A stretch of DNA of 64,000 bases, from positions 48,395 to 112,394 of the forward strand of contig CACYRE010000001.1 of NCBI GenBank assembly GCA_902776735.1, read 5' to 3'. The translations under genes and the position numbers were made by a program. A model generated the notes under the pieces. It had not been told where the DNA came from and did not search any database. It saw only the letters and a list, made by a program, of their open reading frames with translations. Shown piece by piece: positions 38,901-47,913 of the stretch (the first letter of the stretch is position 1; every line of letters begins with the position of its first letter). The DNA is from an uncultured Erysipelotrichaceae bacterium. GTDB lineage: Bacteria; Bacillota_I; Bacilli_A; RF39; UBA660.

Positions 38901-39461
38901 TTATCCTTTCTCTATATGTATATTTCCTGAATTATTAATAACATCTTTTAATAACTCCTTATTAGTTACATAAACAAGTTTACACCATTTATCTTTATAT
39001 TTAAGACCCATAGATTCTACAGATGTTTTAACTCTTTGTCTAATTTCATTTTCTGAATAATTTCCTCTAGCTGCTAAAACTTTATTTTCTATAGTTAAAT
39101 CACGTTTTCTAGGTTTTCTTCCTGGTGTATAATATGCCTCAATACATTTTATATCATTTGATACTTTATCACTATCTATATAATTCATTATATCTTCTTT
39201 AATAGAATTATCTATATCATTTAATGATTTTAAAATTTTATCATCAATATCTAATTTACTTTTTAAAATATTATTAATAATTTTATTAAAATCAGGTTTT
39301 ATTTGTTCCTCTATTATATTATGTTCTTTTTCTATAAGTTCTGTTCCTGATTCAACAGCTTTTTCTATTTCTTTATTTAAGTCTTCTTTTATTTCATTAG
39401 TTTTTTCTAGCTCAGGTTGTTCCTCTTCTGTTTTAGGAGCAACTCCTTCTTGCAAGTTCAT
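38901..39461 (-). CDS. hypothetical protein
   Basis: ORF. Confidence 0.45.
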   Translation of the reverse strand: MNLQEGVAPKTEEEQPELEKTNEIKEDLNKEIEKAVESGTELIEKEHNIIEEQIKPDFNKIINNILKSKLDIDDKILKSLNDIDNSIKEDIMNYIDSDKVSNDIKCIEAYYTPGRKPRKRDLTIENKVLAARGNYSENEIRQRVKTSVESMGLKYKDKWCKLVYVTNKELLKDVINNSGNIHIEKG

Positions 39462-40467
39462 TTATTTCTTCTCTAGAACTTACAGCTTTTATTGTTATAT
39501 CTTTATCATTATATATAACTGACGGAAATTTTTCACTTAAGAAATTCTTAAGTTTAAGTTTAGCGTCTATTTCATTTCTTGCTTGAATACCACCATTTGC
39601 TCTAAATAAACTCTTTCTTGGATTTCCATTTAAATTATAGCACCATACAGTACAATCAAAAATTTTAGTTCTAGGTTCTGTTGCTTCAACTACATGTTCA
39701 CTATCTACAAAATCACTATCAACAGAAGAATAATATTTTGGATTTTCATGTCTTCTTTTCTTTATATCTAAATCTTCCTTAGCACTTCTTAATAATCTCA
39801 TAAATTCCTCATCTTGTCTTAAATAAGTAATTATTCCATCTATGCTATAATAATAATCTAATAATTCTTTAGTTGGTCTTCTTAACTCATTTAATGCTTT
39901 TTCAGCAAACCCTATTTCATTAATTTTATCTATATCTTTCCAGTCAAGATTTTCTTTATGATGATTATATAAAGATTGCATCTTATTAAAAATATCTTCA
40001 CCTTTTTTACATTGCATAATAAAATTAGTTGCGTCATCTGTATCTAATAAACCAATAAAAGTATTAATCCAAGATGGTAAATCTATATTTTTAGTATATT
40101 CTGGATTAATATTTGCTTCTTTAAAAGCCTTATTTAAATCTTTAGATACTTTACTATAATATGTTAATTTTAAATCTTCCTTGTTTGTATTTATAATAGA
40201 AATATCCTTCTTTGGTCTACCCCTTTTAGATTTAGATTCTTCTCTTTTTATACCAGCAACTCTTCTTCCCATTACCCTATTATATTCAATTGGATTTATA
40301 TATTTTAAATCTTTTAATGGGATATACTCTTTATTAGTTCCATTTTTTCTATTTAAATATTTTAAAGACTCTATTCTTTTTGCACATCTTTTACATAATC
40401 CTAAATGTTGACCTTTTCTTACTTTATTGTCTTCTGTTAATTCTATTCCACAATCTGGACAAATCAT
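39433..40467 (-). CDS. hypothetical protein with N-terminal zinc ribbon (CPDCG...CKRC)
   Basis: ORF, SD AGGAGGATTAACTATCATG. Confidence 0.5.
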   Translation of the reverse strand: MICPDCGIELTEDNKVRKGQHLGLCKRCAKRIESLKYLNRKNGTNKEYIPLKDLKYINPIEYNRVMGRRVAGIKREESKSKRGRPKKDISIINTNKEDLKLTYYSKVSKDLNKAFKEANINPEYTKNIDLPSWINTFIGLLDTDDATNFIMQCKKGEDIFNKMQSLYNHHKENLDWKDIDKINEIGFAEKALNELRRPTKELLDYYYSIDGIITYLRQDEEFMRLLRSAKEDLDIKKRRHENPKYYSSVDSDFVDSEHVVEATEPRTKIFDCTVWCYNLNGNPRKSLFRANGGIQARNEIDAKLKLKNFLSEKFPSVIYNDKDITIKAVSSREEINELARRSCS

Positions 40468-40472
40468 GATAG

Positions 40473-40808
40473 TTAATCCTCCTTAATATTATTATTTTCA
40501 ATATATAGTTTTAATAATGCTCCTATTATAGCTATTTGAATAGGTATAGCTAGTTCATCTGTATTTAAAATTTGATAAATCATATTTTTACAAGTATTAT
40601 AATTATAATCTGTTATATTACAATACTGGCCTAAAAGTACTTCTCCTTTTCTTAATATACCAAGTTCATTAATATTAGATTTAGCTAGAAAAAATTTAAA
40701 TTCTTTATATAAATTATCTAAATCATTTTTATCCCATGTATCTTTTACCATATTAGTAATTGTAACTCTTTTTAAAAAATTATATTCTAATTTACCCTGT
40801 TTATCCAA
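40473..40808 (-). CDS. hypothetical protein
   Basis: ORF downstream of consensus promoter and SD TAGGAGGTG. Confidence 0.45.
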   Translation of the reverse strand: MDKQGKLEYNFLKRVTITNMVKDTWDKNDLDNLYKEFKFFLAKSNINELGILRKGEVLLGQYCNITDYNYNTCKNMIYQILNTDELAIPIQIAIIGALLKLYIENNNIKED

Positions 40809-40887
40809 TATAAACCTCCTATTAAATTTTAAAATTATTCTTTAGTAATATAATTAAATACACCTCCTATAAAATAAAATTAAATGT

Positions 40888-40916
40888 ATTATATCATAAT
40901 TATTTAAAAATGTAAA
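40888..40916 (-). promoter_or_regulatory. promoter TTTACA-N17-TATAAT
   Basis: Minus strand TATTTACA|TTTTTAAATAATTATGA|TATAAT upstream of 40473..40808. Confidence 0.7.
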
Positions 40917-40928
40917 TATAAAATTAAG

Positions 40929-40950
40929 ACAGACTTAAAAATCTGTCTCT
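40929..40950 (-). terminator. terminator hairpin AGACAGA-N9-TCTGTCT
   Basis: At 3' end of 40935..41417, followed by T-rich tract then consensus promoter. Confidence 0.5.
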
Positions 40951-41417
40951 TTTAATTTTATTATCTTAATATCAATAGTATTTTTTTGAATATTCATATT
41001 ATTAGTATCAGCTATTAATATAAAAGTAACTCCTGCTTCTACCTCTGCTTGTAAAATAGCATTTCTTACAATCAGTTTTTCTCTTATGAATTCACTTAAT
41101 ATATTTTTAAACCATGGAATTAAACTATCCTCTACAGAATTAATATCAAAATCTCTTAAATCTCCCCATAAAGATATAGAATGTGCTGGTAAACTACTTT
41201 CATCTGAGTTAGTTATTACTGAATATAAAATAGAACCTTCACTACCATAAGGTAATTTTATATCTTCTTTTAGAATAGAGAAATCTTCTATAGGTAAACC
41301 AGACTTTTCTTTTTTATATGCTGCCATTTTACCAAGAATAGATTTTACTTTTTCATTATCATGATTTATAAATTCATCTAATCTTATGTTTCCATTGATA
41401 TGAGTCCAAATACTCAT
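40935..41417 (-). CDS. hypothetical protein
   Basis: ORF ending in terminator hairpin. Confidence 0.45.
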   Translation of the reverse strand: MSIWTHINGNIRLDEFINHDNEKVKSILGKMAAYKKEKSGLPIEDFSILKEDIKLPYGSEGSILYSVITNSDESSLPAHSISLWGDLRDFDINSVEDSLIPWFKNILSEFIREKLIVRNAILQAEVEAGVTFILIADTNNMNIQKNTIDIKIIKLKETDF

Positions 41418-41650
41418 TAAATACCTCCTCTTTTATTTGGATTATATTCCAGAATATCTTGTTCAACTTTAGCCCTATCAAATTCATCCTTATGTTTATA
41501 AAATGTACAATTAATACAGTCATCTCTATTTAAAGCTGCACATTTTACAACTTTAGTTTCAACTGTTGTTTTATTAGAATTTATTGTTTTATGTGTATAA
41601 TTTCTAAAAGCAAAACAATTTTCTTTATATTTAGTTAAACCATTAATCAT
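41417..41650 (-). CDS. small Cys-containing protein
   Basis: ORF. Confidence 0.4.
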   Translation of the reverse strand: MINGLTKYKENCFAFRNYTHKTINSNKTTVETKVVKCAALNRDDCINCTFYKHKDEFDRAKVEQDILEYNPNKRGGI

Positions 41651-42060
41651 TATTTCACCTCCTTATCTAAAATAACTTTATGATATAATTCTAAATAATC
41701 ATTAATTTTTCTTAAATCTTCCAAATATTTACTTCTAGCTCTATTCATTACTATTGAAATAAATAATATTAATATTGAACACAATATTATTATACACATA
41801 AATAATGTGCTAGCACTAGTACTTATAGTTCCTGTAGCTTTTCCATATAAAGAAGTTATAAGAGTTAAAACTTGTAATGTTAAAATAAAACCATAAATAT
41901 TAATGTATAAATATTGAACAAAATTAAACATAATACTACTTGCATGGTTCCATACTAAATATTTACACAAACTTACATCGTCTAAATCATTAAGCATTTT
42001 TAATGAAAGTTCATCTAAATCTTTATTTTCTTGAATTATTTTCTCTCTGTTAAAAATCAT
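41650..42060 (-). CDS. small membrane protein (2 predicted TM helices)
   Basis: Hydrophobic stretches VLTLITSLYG / LFMCIIILCSILILFISIVM. Confidence 0.45.
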   Translation of the reverse strand: MIFNREKIIQENKDLDELSLKMLNDLDDVSLCKYLVWNHASSIMFNFVQYLYINIYGFILTLQVLTLITSLYGKATGTISTSASTLFMCIIILCSILILFISIVMNRARSKYLEDLRKINDYLELYHKVILDKEVK

Positions 42061-42069
42061 AAATACCTC

Positions 42070-42456
42070 CTAATATAATTTATCAAAATAAATTAGTCTA
42101 TGGTCATTTAACTTATATTTTAGTTTATATTTATTTAGTATTATTTTTAAGTCTGCTTTAAAAGCCCTATATTTAGCGTCTACATCTTTTTTAGTTAAAT
42201 GAACTATTTGTCCTTCAATACAAAGATTATTATTTTCTAATACACCAACCTGTTTAATTGGAAAATCTAATTTATTAAAATATTCCTGCATTTCTGTGCA
42301 CATAGGTTCAGTTAAATCATCTTCAGTAATTCCTTCTAATTCTAAAATAAAGTCTACTCCTCTTCTACTCATATAAATCTCCTTTCTATAAAATAAATAA
42401 GCTGGATAAACATTATCACAATAATATCTATCCAGCTGAAAAAAGGGTATCCCCAA
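42070..42456 (-). CDS. hypothetical protein
   Basis: ORF; first gene after the non-coding island. Confidence 0.4.
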   Translation of the reverse strand: MGIPFFQLDRYYCDNVYPAYLFYRKEIYMSRRGVDFILELEGITEDDLTEPMCTEMQEYFNKLDFPIKQVGVLENNNLCIEGQIVHLTKKDVDAKYRAFKADLKIILNKYKLKYKLNDHRLIYFDKLY

Positions 42457-42457
42457 T

Positions 42458-42476
42458 GTCTAGAGTATATCTAGAC
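42458..42476 (-). terminator. palindromic hairpin GTCTAGAGTATATCTAGAC then GGGGATACCC + T7 on minus strand
   Basis: Separates non-coding/tRNA island from gene 42070..42456. Confidence 0.5.
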
Positions 42477-42910
42477 TGATAAGGTTTATTTATTATCCTT
42501 ATCTGCAATACAAATTAATTAGAACTGTTTAAAGTCTATAGAAATAGTAAAATCTTAATATTACAAGATGATACTAAAACAGAAAAATTTGTTATAAATA
42601 CAAAGAAAAACTTATCTGATTTAAGACTAACATTATCAACAGATATTTATCTAAAATTTGTATCACGTTACTAGTTATGAATTTCTAGTAACCACTCCAT
42701 GGACTACTTTCCAAGGACGAACCAATATGGTCTCATTTTCATAGAGAATGACTCTATGCTGGGTATTCATTGTGAGAGGTTATATCTATTTTTGTCGAAT
42801 AGAGAAAATAATGAACTTCATTACCTCAACCCAAATGATTTACACAATATCTTCATATATTATTATATGCTGTTAGATAGTTAAATTAAAAATAAATTTT
42901 AGAAAATAGG

Positions 42911-42944
42911 ATAAAAAGTTGCGAGGTATATCCTATTTTCTATT
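42911..42944 (-). terminator. hairpin AAAATAGGATA-N13-TATCCTATTTT immediately 3' of the tRNA-like gene
   Basis: 11-bp stem followed by T-rich tract on minus strand. Confidence 0.5.
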
Positions 42945-42947
42945 AAT

Positions 42948-43027
42948 TGGAGAAGGTAGGATTCGAACCTATAATATTTAAATGACTTATACAAATCATT
43001 ATTCTCTACCAATTGAGATACTTCTCC
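42948..43027 (-). tRNA. tRNA-like gene with canonical acceptor/D/T arms but non-canonical anticodon arm (isotype unassigned)
   Basis: Minus-strand RNA GGAGAAG-TA-TCTC-AATTGGTA-GAGA-A-[TAATGATTTGTATAAGTCATTTAAATATTA]-TAGG-TTCGAAT-CCTA-CCTTCTCC-A: 7-bp acceptor, D-arm, GGTTCGAATCC T-arm; no 5-bp/7-nt anticodon arm can be drawn (best: 7-bp stem AATGATT/AGTCATT with 6-nt loop, or 6 bp with 8-nt loop). No encoded CCA. Confidence 0.55.
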
Positions 43028-43377
43028 ATAAATTTGGTGAGAGGTTCTAGTTTACGTCCAAATTTATAAGGTAATCAACCTCTTTCAGAGTATAAATACT
43101 CCCTCTCTATTAAATGACGTACATTGCACTATACAATAATATAAATCTATTAGGTTATTATATAATATGATGAGTATTATTTTTAATTAACATCATTATA
43201 TTATTAATACAGCTACTGTAACTCTATAATGTAGACCTCTTCATTCTACACCGTCGCTTTACACTATATAAAGCTAAATACCTATAGGCGTCTATTATTT
43301 CAAATAGACATCCACATCTATCATTGTAGATGTTTCAAGTATCATAAAATGTAATCCTCTGGACGATTACTTTTCCA

Positions 43378-43424
43378 GGTACAGTACAGGAGTCGAACCT
43401 GTCTTCACTCTACCCGAGCTGTAC
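43378..43424 (-). ncRNA. tRNA-like minihelix (acceptor-like 6-bp stem + T-arm ACAGG-TTCGACT-CCTGT; no D or anticodon arm)
   Basis: Minus strand GTACAGCTCGGGTAGAGTGAAGACAGGTTCGACTCCTGTACTGTAC-C immediately downstream of CDS 43430..43804. Confidence 0.4.
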
Positions 43425-43429
43425 ATATA

Positions 43430-43804
43430 TTATAATGCTTGTTCTTTCTTCTTTTTCTCATAATATTTTTTCATTGCTATTGCATGTCTTCTTTTTACAT
43501 CAGGATTATTTCCATTTTTTGCATACCATTCTCTATTTAATTCTTTATATCTTTCTTTATTTTTTAAATAATACTCTTTACGTCTTAATCTAGCTGCTTC
43601 TTGTTTTTCTTCTTCTGTCTCATACTTAGGTTCTATAGGATGTGGTTTATAAACATTATAATGTCTTTCACTAAAGTAATGTTTACGTTTCATTTTATTT
43701 TTTACATAATAAACTCTACTATAACAAGACCTAGAACAACAATTAACTCCTTTATACTGATAAATCTTTCCATCAAATTCTTTTTCACAGCATTCACAAA
43801 TCAT
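43430..43804 (-). CDS. small Cys-rich zinc-finger protein with basic C-terminus
   Basis: CECCEK...CCSRSC motifs. Confidence 0.45.
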   Translation of the reverse strand: MICECCEKEFDGKIYQYKGVNCCSRSCYSRVYYVKNKMKRKHYFSERHYNVYKPHPIEPKYETEEEKQEAARLRRKEYYLKNKERYKELNREWYAKNGNNPDVKRRHAIAMKKYYEKKKKEQAL

Positions 43805-43822
43805 TGGTTATCTCCTTTATAA

Positions 43823-44194
43823 TTATATGCAATCTTTAAACATTTCTTTTAATTCTGAATAATTCTTTATTATTGAATAATAGTAATCTAGTTTAACTCC
43901 CATTTCTTCTGCAACAAATTTAGCTTCAGTAATCATATTATATTTACCACTTCTTCTAATCTTTTCATATTTAATAAAGTATTCTTTCATATCTTCTAAC
44001 ATTATTCTATGAGCATCAAGTTCATTTGTAGCACCTTCATAAATTACAGAAATTAAATCGTCACATGAAACTGGAATTGTTTTATTAGCTTCACATTTTT
44101 CTATAGCTTCTTTAATTTCTTTAGCTTCATATTTCTTATATAATTCTCTTTCTAATTTAGAAATATGTTGAATAATATCCTGTCTCACCTTCAT
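43823..44194 (-). CDS. hypothetical protein
   Basis: ORF. Confidence 0.45.
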   Translation of the reverse strand: MKVRQDIIQHISKLERELYKKYEAKEIKEAIEKCEANKTIPVSCDDLISVIYEGATNELDAHRIMLEDMKEYFIKYEKIRRSGKYNMITEAKFVAEEMGVKLDYYYSIIKNYSELKEMFKDCI

Positions 44195-44195
44195 A

Positions 44196-44438
44196 TTAAT
44201 TGTCCTCCTTATTTTTACATCTATTAATATATTCTTCCATTATTTTTAAAGCATCTTCTTTATTAGAATTAGAGGCATACATAATTTCGCTTTCAGCATT
44301 ATTATGTTGATATGCAAATACAATAAATCCACATCCTTGAGGTAATAAACCATCAACGCATTTAGCTATCTTTTGCATTCTACTTCTAATAATATTATCT
44401 TTATCCTCTTCCATAAATCCTCCTATAAAATTATACAA
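44196..44438 (-). CDS. hypothetical protein
   Basis: ORF. Confidence 0.4.
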   Translation of the reverse strand: MYNFIGGFMEEDKDNIIRSRMQKIAKCVDGLLPQGCGFIVFAYQHNNAESEIMYASNSNKEDALKIMEEYINRCKNKEDN

Positions 44439-44806
44439 TATAATTTATTAACTTTAGTGTCATCAGTAAAAACTAAATAATCTGTATATTGTTTTCCATA
44501 AGTACCAGGTATAGTATATCTAAACATTCTTTTAATAATTTTAATCTCACCTTTCATCTTACGGCCATCTACTATTTTAACTTTATCTCCAACTTTAAAT
44601 TGTTTCATTCTTTTTCTATAAAGTTCTAATTCCTCTTCATCTGCATCTATAATAGCTTCATTATCCCAAGTTCTTTTATCATCAGTCATATAAGTAACTC
44701 TATCATAAGAACCATCTTCATTAATCTGTATAGCCTTAGCAAAAGTAATTGAATTAATAATATCAACAGTATGTCTTTTATCAACTTTACCATCTACTAT
44801 AATCAT
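44423..44806 (-). CDS. hypothetical protein
   Basis: ORF. Confidence 0.45.
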   Translation of the reverse strand: MIIVDGKVDKRHTVDIINSITFAKAIQINEDGSYDRVTYMTDDKRTWDNEAIIDADEEELELYRKRMKQFKVGDKVKIVDGRKMKGEIKIIKRMFRYTIPGTYGKQYTDYLVFTDDTKVNKLYCIIL

Positions 44807-44815
44807 ACTTACCTC

Positions 44816-45031
44816 CTACCAAAGATAATCTATATATTCTCCTCTAGACATTACAATATAATAAGTAGTTCCTTGATACTCATAAACCAAGATACTTTGT
44901 GTATCATCATGTTCTTTATTCCAACCATTTACAATTCTATTATATCTAGCTTTAAATTTACCATATCTTCTTATATTATCACACATTTCAATATCTTTTT
45001 TATTTAACATATTATATCTCCTAATAAACAA
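44816..45031 (-). CDS. hypothetical protein
   Basis: small ORF. Confidence 0.4.
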   Translation of the reverse strand: MFIRRYNMLNKKDIEMCDNIRRYGKFKARYNRIVNGWNKEHDDTQSILVYEYQGTTYYIVMSRGEYIDYLW

Positions 45032-45242
45032 AATCTTCTATAATATAATCACTAAAATTCTTAAAATACTTATTACAAAAATCTTTAGCTTCAGTATAAG
45101 TCTCAAACCATATAGCTTCTTCTCTATCAAATATCCATTTACATTTATTACCAATATCTGATGCTAAATATAATTTTGTGTTAGTTCCAGAAATCATTGT
45201 TATAACATAAAATAAATTATCCATTATTATTCTCCTCATCAT
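45021..45242 (-). CDS. hypothetical protein
   Basis: small ORF. Confidence 0.4.
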   Translation of the reverse strand: MMRRIIMDNLFYVITMISGTNTKLYLASDIGNKCKWIFDREEAIWFETYTEAKDFCNKYFKNFSDYIIEDFVY

Positions 45243-45495
45243 AAATAAATTCTATACAATTAGGGTCAGCATACTCTGTTTCTTTATAAGGTAAAAGAGA
45301 ATCAAATTCATAAATTCTATTTAAATATTGTAAATTATTTTTATTTGCATATTTTGACTTAATTTTAAAGAAAATTTTAAATCCATTTCTTGTTTTTTCA
45401 ATCCTAGTAATTTTTTCAACGTAGTCCATATTCTTTATTTCAATAGATTTTAAATATATTCTATTTAAATCATTTTCCATTATTATTTTCTCCAT
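45217..45495 (-). CDS. hypothetical protein
   Basis: first gene downstream of promoter at 45570..45598. Confidence 0.45.
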   Translation of the reverse strand: MEKIIMENDLNRIYLKSIEIKNMDYVEKITRIEKTRNGFKIFFKIKSKYANKNNLQYLNRIYEFDSLLPYKETEYADPNCIEFIYDEENNNG

Positions 45496-45569
45496 TATCT
45501 TTTTCTAATTCTAATATAACAGAGCCATTTAAATGATGGCCCACCAACTCCTCGCATAGATAGCCCTAT

Positions 45570-45598
45570 TACTTAATATAATTATAATACAAATTTTT
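45570..45598 (-). promoter_or_regulatory. promoter TTTACA-N17-TATAAT (overlaps palindrome AAATGTAAATACATTT)
   Basis: Minus strand TATTTACA|TTTACAAAAATTTGTAT|TATAAT upstream of small-gene operon 45495->. Confidence 0.7.
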
Positions 45599-45708
45599 GT
45601 AAATGTAAATACATTTTTAATGTATTCTTTAATTTCCACTAGGTTCATATAATTCTTCCTTAATAATATCTATTCTGTCTAAAGTATAAATGTTTACTCT
45701 AATAAATT

Positions 45709-46740
45709 CTATTTCTTTCTTGGTATCATTTTCATTTTCCATTTTTCAAATTCCTCTAATTTACTATAATTAAATTCAATAGTTTTTATATTATAACTAT
45801 TATATAATTTTATTATTTTTCTTACATTTTCAAAAGACAAGACGTTTAAATCGACTTCAGATGTATGATTTTTAGTACTAACTAAAAAGGTTCTTAAAGT
45901 TTCATAAGGAATATTTAAATCCCTATGTAATCTATCTAAAAATCTGTTAACTTTTCTTTCTTTATCATGTAAAAATAAAAATACAATTTCTGTATATATT
46001 TTTATCATTAAATATTTTAAAGTAGCTATACTGTTAACATCTTTAAAATCTTGATATTCTGGAAATAAATCTGCTATAGAACATTCTAATACTTCAGCTA
46101 TTTTTACTATAGTAGTATTTTTAGGCTTAGTTTTACCATTACAAATATAGGAAATTGTACAATTTCTTAATCCTGTTTTCTCACAAATAACTCTATTAGT
46201 AATTCCTTTTTCTAATTTAATTTTAGAAATATTATTATATTTAGTATTTAATTTATTTCCAAGAGTTCTATTAACTAAATCATTTCTTAAAGCTTCTTTA
46301 TATAATATTTTTAATTTATCTTTAATATTAACATTAAATTTCTTTTCATAAAGATTTATTAATCTATTATAATATGTAATAGATTCTCCTATATATTTAG
46401 CTGCAGAGACTTTAGTATAACCTCCTTCTAAAATTTTATTAATTTTAGCTATATGTTCATCAGTTAAATTAATAAAATTTAAACTTAATCTTTCACTTAT
46501 AATATGGTCTTTTACATTTATAAGTGGAATCTCATCATACATTTCTGTAATAGGATTAACTTCATAAATCTTTCTACATTCATGACATACCATCTGTATC
46601 TCATAAGGAGATACTCTATTATTTTTTAAATTTGCAGGTTTACCACAAAATTGACATTCTTTTTTAATATCGGTACATGTATTAATAAGTCTCAAAATAT
46701 ATCTTCCCTGTTTACCAAAGTCGTCAAATTCTTTCTTCAT
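45709..46740 (-). CDS. transcriptional regulator: N-terminal zinc finger + two XRE-type helix-turn-helix domains
   Basis: CQFCGK...CHECRK; HTH segments TKVSAAKYIGESITYYNRL and RVICEKTGLRNCTISYICNG...IAEVLECSIADLF; own consensus promoter upstream. Confidence 0.6.
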   Translation of the reverse strand: MKKEFDDFGKQGRYILRLINTCTDIKKECQFCGKPANLKNNRVSPYEIQMVCHECRKIYEVNPITEMYDEIPLINVKDHIISERLSLNFINLTDEHIAKINKILEGGYTKVSAAKYIGESITYYNRLINLYEKKFNVNIKDKLKILYKEALRNDLVNRTLGNKLNTKYNNISKIKLEKGITNRVICEKTGLRNCTISYICNGKTKPKNTTIVKIAEVLECSIADLFPEYQDFKDVNSIATLKYLMIKIYTEIVFLFLHDKERKVNRFLDRLHRDLNIPYETLRTFLVSTKNHTSEVDLNVLSFENVRKIIKLYNSYNIKTIEFNYSKLEEFEKWKMKMIPRKK

Positions 46741-46876
46741 ATTAATCAGATTCCTCCTAAACTAATTTTAATAAGAAATTAATATAATTTATTACCTAAT
46801 ATACTAAAAGTCCTTAAAATTAATTCTCGTGATTATTTTTGTTTCTTATTATATTAATATGCAATAAATTATTTAC

Positions 46877-46905
46877 ATTATAATATAGATTTTATTAAAT
46901 GTAAA
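46877..46905 (-). promoter_or_regulatory. promoter TTTACA-N17-TATAAT for regulator gene
   Basis: Minus strand TGTTTACA|TTTAATAAAATCTATAT|TATAAT ~135 nt upstream of ATG 46740. Confidence 0.7.
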
Positions 46906-46927
46906 CATAAAAATTAATAAAAATAAA

Positions 46928-46954
46928 GACTAGATACAAATCTAGTCTTTTAAT
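46928..46954 (-). terminator. intrinsic terminator AAAGACTAGAT-ACAA-ATCTAGTCTTT
   Basis: Perfect 11-bp stem, 4-nt loop, T-runs both sides; between 46966..47748 and regulator promoter. Confidence 0.65.
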
Positions 46955-46965
46955 AAATATTTATT

Positions 46966-47748
46966 TTAATTTCCATAAGATAATGGAGTATCAAAACGAA
47001 TATCTTCTGATTTAGTAGCTGGACTAAGCATATCATTTTGAGTAATCTCATAATTTTCAAATTTAAATGGTTCATATCCTTCTATTGAAAATGTCATATT
47101 GTATACTCCAACAGGTAATTCTACATATTGAGCATTATATTGTTCACTAAAGCTAGTAATATATTCTGTACCAGATTCATCTGTTATAGTATATGAAATA
47201 CCTTCAAAATGTTTAATATAATTTCCATTTATGTCGTATGGATATAAATAAACTATTTGAACATTTTTTGGTTCAACTACAATATCTATAGTTTTAACTA
47301 TTGGATTATACCCTTCTGCTGTTATAGTATAATAAAGTTTAGTATTATCTGAAATATTAGTAGTATTAAAAGTTATTTCATTATTACTTTTAATTAAATC
47401 TATTGTAGATAAATCATCAACTCCTAGGCATATTACTTGAGAATTTCCTGCATTAGACTTAATTGGTAAATTATAATTCTCACCTATTTTAAGTGTTAAA
47501 GACTTTGGAATTTCAGTTTCAATTTCTATGTCTTTACTATCAACAGAATAAAAATTTAATAATACTCCACCGAAATCTCCTGATTCATCAGTTAGTTTAT
47601 CTAATCCTAAAACAGAACTAGCAAGTGTTCCTTTTTTATACATCTCTTCTAATAATATTTGTTCATTTTCATCTAATCTATTAATTAAAATCTTATCAGT
47701 AGATTTTATTTCTGCATACATATTAAGTGTTCTCCTTTCTAACATCAA
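46966..47748 (-). CDS. putative virion/Ig-like beta-rich protein
   Basis: ORF, beta-strand-rich, upstream of lysis genes. Confidence 0.4.
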   Translation of the reverse strand: MMLERRTLNMYAEIKSTDKILINRLDENEQILLEEMYKKGTLASSVLGLDKLTDESGDFGGVLLNFYSVDSKDIEIETEIPKSLTLKIGENYNLPIKSNAGNSQVICLGVDDLSTIDLIKSNNEITFNTTNISDNTKLYYTITAEGYNPIVKTIDIVVEPKNVQIVYLYPYDINGNYIKHFEGISYTITDESGTEYITSFSEQYNAQYVELPVGVYNMTFSIEGYEPFKFENYEITQNDMLSPATKSEDIRFDTPLSYGN

Positions 47749-47913
47749 ATTTAATACCAGAAATATCTCCTTCTATATTATATAAAACTGTTGGAATTAC
47801 ACCTTCTTTAGCTTTATTAATATAATTTAAAAGAGACTCTTTTTCATCTTCTAGTATCATACTATTTATAATTAGACTATTGTCTTTAATATAAGCTTGC
47901 ATTTTAATACCTC

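Noticed and set aside
40181-40411. plus-strand ORF (76 aa)
   Set aside because: Antisense inside 39433..40467.
42690-42730. GGTTCGTCC-containing sequence resembling a T-arm
   Set aside because: T-loop has T where the near-invariant A58 should be, and no acceptor stem can be paired. Not called as tRNA.
42699-42884. only plus-strand ORF that lies in non-coding DNA (61 aa)
   Set aside because: No Shine-Dalgarno before ATG, and the region is full of RNA-like hairpins. More likely part of a structured non-coding region. Low-probability alternative: a small plus-strand gene.
43030-43110. sequence ending ...CTCTCACCA (CCA-like end)
   Set aside because: No complementary 5' acceptor strand or T-arm; coincidence.
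43601-43822. plus-strand ORF (73 aa)
   Set aside because: Antisense inside 43430..43804; Phe/Ile-rich.
44771-45007. plus-strand ORF (78 aa)
   Set aside because: Antisense inside 44816..45031.
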